This document shows positions 37,024-45,842 of a stretch of 56,995 nucleotides of DNA, piece by piece. This stretch comes from an uncultured Acidimicrobiia bacterium (GTDB lineage Bacteria > Actinomycetota > Acidimicrobiia > Spongiisociales > JAOTWH01). The stretch is taken from NCBI GenBank assembly GCA_964347285.1, contig CAYFYE010000005.1:1-56995 (forward strand), given 5' to 3'. Below the pieces are notes generated by a model. It searched no databases. It had not been told where the DNA came from and saw only the letters and a list, made by a program, of their open reading frames with translations. The position numbers and the translations under genes are program-made. Within the stretch, counting starts at the first letter, position 1; every line of letters begins with the position of its first letter.

Positions 37024-37685
37024 CCGGGGCGACGCGCCGACCTCTCCTTCAGCTCGGCGACGGCCCCGTCGACCCAGCGCAGCCAGTCGGCCGTGATGTC
37101 GGCCACCGGATCGGCTCGGTCGTCGTAGTCGGAGGGCTGGAGGGCCGGTCCCACCGAAATGCGCACCGGCCAGCGTTTGATCCGGGTCGCTCCCCGACCG
37201 AACGACTCCTGGGTGCCCCAGATGGCCACCGGTACCACGGGCACCCCGGCCCGGACGGCCAGCCAGGCCGCTCCCTTCTTGGGAGAGGTGACCTCTCCCC
37301 AGGTCCATACCCGTCTTCCCTCTGGAAACACGCCGACCACGCCTCCCGCAGCGAGGTAGTCGAGGGCGGTCCGCAACGCGGTGAGCGGAACCTTGACCCG
37401 CGACATCGGAATCGCCCCCAGCCAGGTGATCAACCGGTCGAACCACGCCGCCTGCCCGTACAGCTCGTCCACCGCCAGGTAGCGAATCGGTCCCAACGAC
37501 TGGCCGATCAGCACCACGTCCACGTGGGAGAAGTGGTTCCCGGCCATCACGTAGGGAGGCGGGGGAGGCTCACCGCTCAGCTCGACGTCCCAGATCCACC
37601 GAAAGAGCGGACCCGACCAGCGCGATGCACTCGCCCAGAGGGCGTAGGCGCCGGGGCCGAATCCTTCGTCAGACTTCCGAGCCAA
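37020..37685 (-). CDS. Lysophospholipid acyltransferase (PlsC family)
   Basis: NHFSHVD (HxxxxD), VFPEG, KKGAA, VPVVPV. Start uncertain (TTG at 37685 chosen). Confidence 0.88.
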   Translation of the reverse strand: MARKSDEGFGPGAYALWASASRWSGPLFRWIWDVELSGEPPPPPYVMAGNHFSHVDVVLIGQSLGPIRYLAVDELYGQAAWFDRLITWLGAIPMSRVKVPLTALRTALDYLAAGGVVGVFPEGRRVWTWGEVTSPKKGAAWLAVRAGVPVVPVAIWGTQESFGRGATRIKRWPVRISVGPALQPSDYDDRADPVADITADWLRWVDGAVAELKERSARRPG

Positions 37686-38721
37686 GGTCCGCAAAGAGGG
37701 CGGCGAAGGCCAGATGAGGCCGCTGGTTGGCCTGGATGAGATCGATGGTCTCCAGGGTCCGCTCGGCCCGTCGCATCGCCGCCGAAGGGGCCATCGCGGA
37801 GAGCGCAGTGACCGGGATGTCATGGTTGCGAACCGGGGCCCCGAACTGGGCGGCCACCGCATCTCGATACCACGAGGCAAGGATCTCGAGCCCGGTCTCG
37901 TGAAGCGATATCGTCGCCCTCTTCAGCTCCCGCTCGTGACGCTCGGACATCTCCCGACGTCCGGATCCGCCCAGGCGATCCACTTCATCGTTCTGGCGCT
38001 CTTTGATGGCGTCCAGCAGCGGTTCTGCAGCAGCCGCCACCTCCTGCGACAACCGGTAGGCCTCTCCGGGACGGCCCGACACCCGCAACGGTACGCTGAG
38101 CCACACGCGGCGATATTCGGCGACCTCGGGCCGGGTGGCCAGGGCCAGCGCCAGCCCCGGCCGGCCTCCCGAGATCGTTGCCGCGTTGGCTACCCGCTCG
38201 CCGTCCAGGCCCCGGGCCTCGAGAGCGGAACCGATTTCCTGGTGGGCCACCCGTCCGAAGACCACGGTCCGGGCCCGGCTGGCAATGGTGGCAGGCAGAT
38301 CGTCCTCCGACCCGGTCACGAGTATGAAGATGGACGAGGCGGTGGGCTCCTCGAGGGTCTTCAGCATCGCATTGGCCGCCTCATCGTTCATGAGCCCGGC
38401 CTCCTCGAAGACGAACGCTTTCCGGTCGGCCTCGACGGGCGCCAGTGCGGCCCGGCCGATCGTGGCGCGGGCCCGCTCCACCGTGAGCGCGGTCCGCCCA
38501 TCGGGTTCCACCAGAACCACATCCGGGTGGAGGCCGGCCACGGCCCGTTCCGCGCAATCCTTCCCGGCGCACACTAGCGCCGCGGCGAATCGCCGGGCCA
38601 CGGCGGCTTTTCCAGTGTTGGCCGGGCCGACGAACAAATAGGCGTGGGCGGGCCGGCGAGCCTCTCTCTCGAGAAGATCGATCACCTCGCCATGTCCGAT
38701 GATGTCGTCGTACAGGTTCAC
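37669..38721 (-). CDS. holB: DNA polymerase III delta-prime subunit
   Basis: HAYLFVGP..GK, HPDV, AANAMLKTLEEP, TIASR; GTG overlaps the tmk stop. Confidence 0.92.
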   Translation of the reverse strand: MNLYDDIIGHGEVIDLLEREARRPAHAYLFVGPANTGKAAVARRFAAALVCAGKDCAERAVAGLHPDVVLVEPDGRTALTVERARATIGRAALAPVEADRKAFVFEEAGLMNDEAANAMLKTLEEPTASSIFILVTGSEDDLPATIASRARTVVFGRVAHQEIGSALEARGLDGERVANAATISGGRPGLALALATRPEVAEYRRVWLSVPLRVSGRPGEAYRLSQEVAAAAEPLLDAIKERQNDEVDRLGGSGRREMSERHERELKRATISLHETGLEILASWYRDAVAAQFGAPVRNHDIPVTALSAMAPSAAMRRAERTLETIDLIQANQRPHLAFAALFADLGSEV

Positions 38722-39323
38722 GACTGCGCTCGCACCGCCGCGTAGGCCGTGTCCACCACCTCGGACAGAGGAAGCGAGGCGTCGACAACGGCGAACCGCT
38801 CCGGCTCGTCGGCGGCAAGGCGATCGTAGGCCTCGGCCACGGCGAGGTGAAAATCCTCTCCCTCGGCTCCGATGCGGTCGGCCACTTCCTGACGTTCCAG
38901 CCCGGACGCAGGATCGACCCGCAGCAGGACGACCAGATCGGGCCACACACCCTGGAGGCCGGCAGTGTTAATCGAGCGGACCGCCTCGATGCCGAGCCCC
39001 CGCCCTCCCCCCTGGTAGGCGAGGGAGGAATAGACGGTCCGGTCGCTCACCACCCAGGCCCCCCGTTCCAGGGCCGGCCCGACGAGCTCGACAGCGAGTT
39101 GGGCCCGCGCCGCCGCGAACAGCAGCGCCTCGGCCCACGGCGACACCGCCTGATCACGGTCGAGGAGCACGGCCCGGATGCGCTCTCCGGCCGCCGTGCC
39201 GCCCGGTTCGCGAACCTCCTCCACGTCGAAGCCGTCGGCGCGCAAGCGCTCGGCCAGCAGGGAGCGTACGGTGCTCTTGCCGGCCCCTTCGATGCCCTCG
39301 AGCGCCACGTAGCGGCCCTTCAT
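38718..39323 (-). CDS. tmk: Thymidylate kinase
   Basis: EGIEGAGKST, REPGG, LFAAARAQ, SDRTVYSSLAYQG. Confidence 0.96.
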   Translation of the reverse strand: MKGRYVALEGIEGAGKSTVRSLLAERLRADGFDVEEVREPGGTAAGERIRAVLLDRDQAVSPWAEALLFAAARAQLAVELVGPALERGAWVVSDRTVYSSLAYQGGGRGLGIEAVRSINTAGLQGVWPDLVVLLRVDPASGLERQEVADRIGAEGEDFHLAVAEAYDRLAADEPERFAVVDASLPLSEVVDTAYAAVRAQS

Positions 39324-40720
39324 CCCTTCCCGTTCCGGCGATTGCTCCCATTGTTGTTACGCCGGAATCGGCGAAAGGCCCGGCCGGCCGCTTCGATGGA
39401 CCGCATGGCTTCGGGGGAGGGCTTGGGGTGGGCGAACACGTCCCGCAGGCTCCACAGGATCCCCGCTCCAGCGCCCAGGACGATCAGGCCTCCCGAGACG
39501 AGGATGACCCGGCCCGGATTGTGGAACGGCGCGCCAAACCTCCCCTCCAACAAACCCTGGGCATTGGTGGCCACGAGCATGGCGACCAGCAGCCCCACCC
39601 GCATCAGCGAGAACAGCGCAGCAAACGTGCGCCCCCGCACCTGGTCGTCCACCTGCTCGTGCAGATAGGTGAAGCCGAGCACGTACGAGGCCCCGCCTCC
39701 GAAACCCATGACGGCCAGCCATCCCATGGCGCCGGCAACCGTCTGAACGAGCCCGGCCGCCCCCATGCCGATGCCGGCGATCGCCAGGGCGAAGCCGAAG
39801 CCGACGTCACGACGCAGCAATCGATCGCCGTAGGCGGTCAGGCCCACGATGCCGAGGGCCGCCCCGGAGCCGAGCGCGAACAGCAGGGCAAAGAACCCGG
39901 CCGAGTCGGCGCTCAGCGTGTCTTCGGCATAACCCTTGCCGATGACGATGAGCATTCCGCCGCCGAAAAGGGCCACCGACATGCCCAGGATCACGCCCCG
40001 GACCCGGGGGGTGAAGATGACGAAACGCAGCCCGTGGAAGAAATCCCGCACCGGGGCTCGCCAATCGAAGCGGGAAACTCGCTTCCGGTGCGACTCCATC
40101 GCCTGGTCGCCGATGGGAATGGTGAGGACGAGCACACCGGATGCGATGAACGTCAGCGAGTCGGCGGCAAACAGGGTGGCCTCGATGGACTCCGGGAGCA
40201 GCCCCAGGAACGTGATGGGGGGAATCAGGCCGAGCACCCAGGCCACTGCGGCACCCAAGGGGAAGGTGCCGTAGGCGGAGGTGAGAGTGAGGCTGTTGGC
40301 GGCCAGCAGGTTCTCCTCGGCCACCAGCTGCGGCACGACGGCCGCTCGGGCCGGCTGGCCGAGCAGGGTCAGCATCTCGAGGACGAACGAGGCGGCGAAC
40401 AGCTCGGGCAGGGTCTCGACGAACGCCAGGCTGAGCACCAGCAGGCCCCGGCCGAAGTCGGCGAGCACGATCGACACCTTGCGGTTGACCCGGTCGGCAA
40501 GCACGCCACCGACGGCGCCCCCCAGCACCCCGGGCAGCACCCGGGCCGCCAGCACCACGAGCACCCCCTGTGAACCGGCGATGGCATCGGCCAGTGAGAT
40601 CTGTGCGAACAGCGCCGCCCAGTCTCCAACGGAAGAGATGAACCCCGCCCAGAACAGACGCGAAAAGGGCCCGTGCAAGACGAGCGACCGCCAGGGCCGG
40701 GTGACCGGCGTTCCGCCCAT
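39320..40720 (-). CDS. MFS transporter
   Basis: About 12 TM; GVLADRVNRK motif A; RGRTFA. Confidence 0.9.
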   Translation of the reverse strand: MGGTPVTRPWRSLVLHGPFSRLFWAGFISSVGDWAALFAQISLADAIAGSQGVLVVLAARVLPGVLGGAVGGVLADRVNRKVSIVLADFGRGLLVLSLAFVETLPELFAASFVLEMLTLLGQPARAAVVPQLVAEENLLAANSLTLTSAYGTFPLGAAVAWVLGLIPPITFLGLLPESIEATLFAADSLTFIASGVLVLTIPIGDQAMESHRKRVSRFDWRAPVRDFFHGLRFVIFTPRVRGVILGMSVALFGGGMLIVIGKGYAEDTLSADSAGFFALLFALGSGAALGIVGLTAYGDRLLRRDVGFGFALAIAGIGMGAAGLVQTVAGAMGWLAVMGFGGGASYVLGFTYLHEQVDDQVRGRTFAALFSLMRVGLLVAMLVATNAQGLLEGRFGAPFHNPGRVILVSGGLIVLGAGAGILWSLRDVFAHPKPSPEAMRSIEAAGRAFRRFRRNNNGSNRRNGKG

Positions 40721-40758
40721 GGCCGCAGACCCTATCAGGGTTGGGCCACCTAACTGCG

Positions 40759-43362
40759 TTACGACCCCTTCGCGGCTTTCTTGGTCGCCTTCTTCCCCGA
40801 CCTCTTGCGGGCCGGGCCCTTCGCTCTCCGTTCGGCGAGCAGCTCGGCGGCCCGATCCAACGTGACCGTCTCGACCGAGTCTCCGGTCCGCAGCGACGCG
40901 TGGTACTCGCCGTCGGTGACGTAGGGGCCGTAGCGGCCGTCCTTGACGACCACCGGGTTGCCCGACGCCGGGTCGACGCCCAGCTCACGCAGCGGCGGTC
41001 GCGCTCCGCGGCGCCTCTTGGGCTGGGCGAACAGGTGCAGCGCCTCCTCCAGGGTGACCGAGAAGATCTGCTCCTCGGTTTCCAGGCTGCGAGAATCCTT
41101 GCCCTTGCGGAGGTAGGGGCCGTAACGGCCGTTCTGGGCGGTGATCTCGTCACCATCCTCGGGATCGACTCCGACGATGCGGGGGAGGCTGAGCAGCCGC
41201 AGGGCTTCTTCGAGGGTGAGCGCGTCGACCGACATCGACTTGAACAGTGAGGCGGTCCTCGGCTTGCCCTCGCCATCGGGATCGGGCGCCCCGAGCTGGA
41301 CGTAGGGGCCGTAACGCCCCGAGCGGACCATCACCTCCAGGCCGCTGTCGGGATCCCGGCCGAGGACCCGGTCCCCGTTGGGAGCGTCGAGGAGCTCCTC
41401 GGCCCGCTCGATCGTCAACTCGTCGGGGGGCAGGTCTTCGGGGAGCGACACCGTGTCCTCGTCGCGCTGCAGGTAGGGACCGTATCGGCCCACCCGGGCC
41501 ACGATCTCGGTGCCGTCCGAATCGGTGCCCAGCAAGACCGAATTGACCTGCCGGGCGTCGATCTCCTCCAGACGGCGAGCCACCATATCCTTGAGGCCCG
41601 AATTCCCGTTCCCGAAATAGAAGCGGCTCAGCCACGGGATGTACTCCTCGACGCCGTTGGCGATGTTGTCGAGGTCATCTTCCATCGCGGCGGTGAACCG
41701 GTAGTCGACGAGGTCGGGAAAGTGCTGCTCGAGGAGGGTCACCGTGGCGAAGGCCGTCCAGGAGGGTACGAGGGCGGTCCCCTTCTTCCAGGCGTAGCCG
41801 CGATCCTGGATGGTGCTGATGATCGAGGCGTACGTGGAAGGGCGCCCGATCCCCAGCTCCTCGAGGCGCTTGACCAGCGTTGCCTCTGTGTATCGCGCCG
41901 GCGGCTTGGTCTCGTGCCCGTCGGGCTCGAGCGACACGACGTCGAGGGCATCCCCCTGTTCCAGAGGCGGCAGCGGCCTCTCTTGCTCTCCAGAGTCGCG
42001 ATCGTCGGCACCCTGGGCGTAAGCCCGCAGGAACCCGGGGAAGCTGACGATCTTGCCGCTCGCCGCGAACTCGGCATCGCGCCCGGACCCTGAGGTCGCC
42101 CCGAGGCGGACTTGGACGCTTTCCCCGACGGCATCCTTCATCTCGGAGGCCATGGTCCTCTTCCAGATCAGCTCGTAGAGCTTGGCCTCGTCGGCGGCCA
42201 CCTCGGCGGCCACCTCCTCCGGGGGCCGGAAACGCTCCCCGGCCGGCCGGATCGCTTCGTGGGCCTCCTGGGCGTTCTTGACGGTCTTGCGATACACCCG
42301 GGGTCGATCGGGCACGTACTCCGGCCCATACAGCTGGGCGATGGCGGTGCGCGCCGCAGCGATGGCGCTCTCGGAGAGCGTGATGCTGTCGGTGCGCATG
42401 TAGGTGATGTAGCCGTTCTCGTAGAGGCGCTGGGCCACTCGCATGGTGCGCGCCGACGAGAAGCGCAACCGGCGCCCGGCCTCTTGCTGAAGGGTGGAGG
42501 TGCGGAAGGGAGGGTTGGGCTTGCGGGTGTAGGGCTTGCGCTCCACCGACCGGATCGCAAAGGCCGCTCCGTCGAGGTCGGCGGCCAGGGATCGGGCCTG
42601 ATCCTCGCCCAGCAAGAAGACGCTTCCACCCTTCAGCTCCCCGGAAGAGTCGAAGTCCTTCCCGCCGGCGACCCGCACCCCGTCCACCGCCACCAGGGTG
42701 GCGGAGAAACGGTCGCCGTTGCCGTCGGACCTGGAGAACTCGCCCTTGATGTCCCAGTACGAGGCCGACCGGAAGGACATTCGCTCACGCTCCCGTTCCA
42801 CGAGGATGCGGGTAGCCGGGCTCTGCACGCGTCCCGCCGACAGCTTGGGCTGGACCTTCTTCCACAGGACCGGCGACACCTCGTAACCGAACAGGCGATC
42901 GAGCACCCGCCGAGCCTCCTGGGCATCGACCAGCCTCCGATCCAGGTCACGGGGCGCCTCGAGGGCGGCACGAATGGCAGACGGGGTGATCTCGTGGAAC
43001 ACCATCCGCTTTACCTCCACCTTGGGATTGAGGACCTCGAGGAGGTGCCAAGCGATGGACTCCCCTTCCCGGTCCTCGTCGGTGGCCAGATACAGCACGT
43101 CGGCCTGCTTGAGCAGGCTCTTGAGGGTCCGGACCTGCTTCTTCTTCTCGGAGGGGACGATGTACAGCGTCTTGAAGTCGTTCTCGGTGTCGACTCCCAA
43201 GCGAGCCCATTGCTCACTCCTCATAGACTCGGGCACGTCGGCCGCGTTGCGGGGCAGGTCGCGCACGTGGCCGATCGAAGATTCCACGACGAAATCCTCG
43301 CCGAGGAAGTTGGCGATGGTGCGCGCCTTGGTGGGCGACTCGACGACGACGAGATTCTTCAT
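40759..43362 (-). CDS. topA: DNA topoisomerase I (actinobacterial type, GRYGPY C-terminal repeats, Lys-rich tail)
   Basis: VVESPTKA, ATDEDREGE, SAGRVQS, ITYMRTDS, AQEAHEAIRP, GIGRPSTY. Confidence 0.98.
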   Translation of the reverse strand: MKNLVVVESPTKARTIANFLGEDFVVESSIGHVRDLPRNAADVPESMRSEQWARLGVDTENDFKTLYIVPSEKKKQVRTLKSLLKQADVLYLATDEDREGESIAWHLLEVLNPKVEVKRMVFHEITPSAIRAALEAPRDLDRRLVDAQEARRVLDRLFGYEVSPVLWKKVQPKLSAGRVQSPATRILVERERERMSFRSASYWDIKGEFSRSDGNGDRFSATLVAVDGVRVAGGKDFDSSGELKGGSVFLLGEDQARSLAADLDGAAFAIRSVERKPYTRKPNPPFRTSTLQQEAGRRLRFSSARTMRVAQRLYENGYITYMRTDSITLSESAIAAARTAIAQLYGPEYVPDRPRVYRKTVKNAQEAHEAIRPAGERFRPPEEVAAEVAADEAKLYELIWKRTMASEMKDAVGESVQVRLGATSGSGRDAEFAASGKIVSFPGFLRAYAQGADDRDSGEQERPLPPLEQGDALDVVSLEPDGHETKPPARYTEATLVKRLEELGIGRPSTYASIISTIQDRGYAWKKGTALVPSWTAFATVTLLEQHFPDLVDYRFTAAMEDDLDNIANGVEEYIPWLSRFYFGNGNSGLKDMVARRLEEIDARQVNSVLLGTDSDGTEIVARVGRYGPYLQRDEDTVSLPEDLPPDELTIERAEELLDAPNGDRVLGRDPDSGLEVMVRSGRYGPYVQLGAPDPDGEGKPRTASLFKSMSVDALTLEEALRLLSLPRIVGVDPEDGDEITAQNGRYGPYLRKGKDSRSLETEEQIFSVTLEEALHLFAQPKRRRGARPPLRELGVDPASGNPVVVKDGRYGPYVTDGEYHASLRTGDSVETVTLDRAAELLAERRAKGPARKRSGKKATKKAAKGS

Positions 43363-43466
43363 GTCGGTGAGTGGGAACTCCTGCTGCGCCTATCGGCGCG
43401 TCGGACCGTGGAGTAAAGCTCCACTGCGCAGAGGATATTCCCTTACCGCGTTTGTCGACACCTTTG

Positions 43467-44537
43467 TCAACCGGCCACCCGCCCCAAGGCCTCGACCAGC
43501 CGTTTCACGGTGGCGTCCCACGAGAACTGGTGTTCGACCCTGGTCCGGCCCTCCTCCCCCATCGAGCGGGCCCGCTCGGGATCGGAGAGCAGCAGGCCTA
43601 GGGCCTCCACAATGTCGGCTACCGAGTGCACCACGAAGCCGGTCCGCCCCGGTATCACGGTCTCCGGAGCGCCGCCGGAGTCGCCGGCCAGCACCGGGAG
43701 GCCCGACGCAGCCGCTTCCAGGTACACCAGCCCGAACCCCTCGGTCTCCAGTCCGAACCATCGGGAGCGGCACGGCATACAGAACACATCCATCTCCCGG
43801 TAGAGAGCGCCCAGGCGATCCCAGGGGACGTCGACCTCGAACCGGACGGCTACCCCCAGACGCCGGGCCAGACGCCGGAGGCTTTCTTCAGTGCGGCCCC
43901 GTCCTACCAGCAAGACTTCGACACCGACGCCTCGGCCGGCCAGGATCGCAGCGGCCTGGAGGAGTCGGTGCTGGCCCTTGCGGGGCACGAATCGGCTGAC
44001 GCACCCAACCACCGGCACCCCACCGGTTCTGTCGAGGCGGGGATAGAAGTCGGCAAGATCGACCCCGGTTCCGATGACCTCAACCGGGCGCCGGGCAATG
44101 CGCTCAACGACCGCGCCGGTGTAACGGCTGACGGCCAGGCGAAGATCGGCCGCCCGCAGGGGCCCGGCGATGAGCCTGCCCAACCCGGGGACGGCCCCGG
44201 GAATCGTCAGTTCGGCGCCGTGGGAGAGGACGGCGTAGGGAACGCCGAGGGAAGCCCGTACCCGCTGGGCCAGCAGGCCGAGAGGAGTGGGAGCGCCGTA
44301 CAGGATCACATCGGGCGAAAACCGGGCGGCCTGGGCCTCGATCCAAGCCCGTACCTTCCGGGTGGGCCACATGAAGCCATTCGGATAGCGGACCACCCCG
44401 TCGCCGGGGTCGGCCCGCTCGTCGTCGGGAGCCAGGACCAGGATCGGCTCCGGGTAGGCGGAGACCAGCCCCCGCAGGTACTGCTGGATGCCCCCCGGCT
44501 GTGGGGGGTAGTCGTTGGTGACCAGCAGCAGGCGCAC
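43467..44537 (-). CDS. GT4 glycosyltransferase (PimB-like phosphatidylinositol mannosyltransferase family)
   Basis: LVTNDYPPQPGGIQ, VSRFVPRKGQ, EGFGLVYLEAAASG, GDSGGAPETV. Confidence 0.88.
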   Translation of the reverse strand: MRLLLVTNDYPPQPGGIQQYLRGLVSAYPEPILVLAPDDERADPGDGVVRYPNGFMWPTRKVRAWIEAQAARFSPDVILYGAPTPLGLLAQRVRASLGVPYAVLSHGAELTIPGAVPGLGRLIAGPLRAADLRLAVSRYTGAVVERIARRPVEVIGTGVDLADFYPRLDRTGGVPVVGCVSRFVPRKGQHRLLQAAAILAGRGVGVEVLLVGRGRTEESLRRLARRLGVAVRFEVDVPWDRLGALYREMDVFCMPCRSRWFGLETEGFGLVYLEAAASGLPVLAGDSGGAPETVIPGRTGFVVHSVADIVEALGLLLSDPERARSMGEEGRTRVEHQFSWDATVKRLVEALGRVAG

Positions 44538-45770
44538 TTATCGATCGAGGTGCGGAGCCACGTTGTAGTCAACGAGGACCGGGCCCCATTCCGCGAACAT
44601 AACCCGGCTCGACCCGGTATTGAGCGGATAGCCGAGCCGTTCCCGCTCCAGGAACTCCAGGCCGAGGATGCCGGAGAGAAACGCCCGGATCGCTCCGGCG
44701 TGGCTGACCACCCCCACCAGTCCGGAGCCGTCGGCCACCGCCCGCAGGCCCCGCTCCATGCGCTCGGCCACCCCGGCGAACGTCTCACCGCTGCCGCCCC
44801 GGGGCATGTCGGCGCCCTCGGTGTAGATCTGCCGCCACTCCCGGGGCCACCCCTCCTTGATCTCCTCGGTCGTGAGATTCTCCCAATCGCCGAGGTCCAT
44901 CTCGGCGAAGTCCGCTTGTTCGAAGTGGGGAATCCCGGCTCCCTCGGCGATGGCGGCGGCCGTCCCCCGGGCCCGATCCAGGGGTGAAGACCAGACTGCC
45001 GTCAAATCACGCTGCCACTCGGCCAGCTGCCGGGCCTGCCGGCGGCCGACCCTGGTCAGAGCGCCGTTGGTGCGGCCCTGCCAGCGCCCCTCGACGTTGC
45101 CGACCGACTCGCCGTGCCGAATCAAGTTCACCTCGGGGCCCTCCGTCGGCTGCCCCTCGACGTCGCCATCGAGATGAGAGACATCGTTGAACACGGCGAG
45201 GCGACGCCGGCCGTCGTCTCCGATATGGAATGTCGTGAGCGAGCCGTTGTGCATGCGGCCTACGGGCCAGGGCCGACGCCGATCGCGAAAACCCATCAGG
45301 CCGGCGACCACGGCATGGAGGACTCCGCCGTGGGTGACGACCAGGGCCCGCCGTCCCGGCTGCATCTCGCCGGCGAGACGGTCCAGGGCAGCATCGACCC
45401 TTCTAACGAAGTCGCCGTAGGACTCGGCCCCACCCCATTTGATGTCCTTGCCGGAATGCAGCTCGGAAAGCTGATCCGTGAAGCGGGCGAAGACCTCGTC
45501 CCGATGTAGGCCCTCCCACTCCCCCATGTCGAGCTCCCGCCATGCCGAATCCGACTGGTAGCTACGCCCCAAGGAGGCCGCCGTAGCCTCGGCCCGGCCG
45601 AGGTCCGAGGACACCACTACATCGAAGGCACGCCCCGCCAATCGTTTGGCGACGGCCTCGGCCTGGCGCCGACCCCGATCAGAGAGGGGGCTGTCGGTGT
45701 GGCCCTGCCAGACATCGGCGAGGTTGGCCTTGGTTTCGCCGTGGCGGAGCAGGGTGATCTCCATGGGCAT
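44538..45770 (-). CDS. Tandem two-domain histidine phosphatase (phosphoglycerate mutase family)
   Basis: Two RHGE(T/S)..N..WQG domains, each with SS(D/P)L.RA and (T/S)H(G/A)G. Confidence 0.9.
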   Translation of the reverse strand: MPMEITLLRHGETKANLADVWQGHTDSPLSDRGRRQAEAVAKRLAGRAFDVVVSSDLGRAEATAASLGRSYQSDSAWRELDMGEWEGLHRDEVFARFTDQLSELHSGKDIKWGGAESYGDFVRRVDAALDRLAGEMQPGRRALVVTHGGVLHAVVAGLMGFRDRRRPWPVGRMHNGSLTTFHIGDDGRRRLAVFNDVSHLDGDVEGQPTEGPEVNLIRHGESVGNVEGRWQGRTNGALTRVGRRQARQLAEWQRDLTAVWSSPLDRARGTAAAIAEGAGIPHFEQADFAEMDLGDWENLTTEEIKEGWPREWRQIYTEGADMPRGGSGETFAGVAERMERGLRAVADGSGLVGVVSHAGAIRAFLSGILGLEFLERERLGYPLNTGSSRVMFAEWGPVLVDYNVAPHLDR

Positions 45771-45842
45771 GCTGTCGTAGGGTAGAGGCGAAGTCGACTG
45801 CATCTACGCGCCCCCTTTCCCGGCCGTCGTCCGCCTTCCGCC

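Noticed and set aside
40759..41500. Repeated GRYGPY units in topA
   Set aside because: Standard C-terminal repeats of actinobacterial TopA.
43441..43470. Minus-strand TTGACA and a TTTGTC direct repeat upstream of topA
   Set aside because: No convincing -10 at 16-18 nt spacing; too weak to call a promoter or operator.
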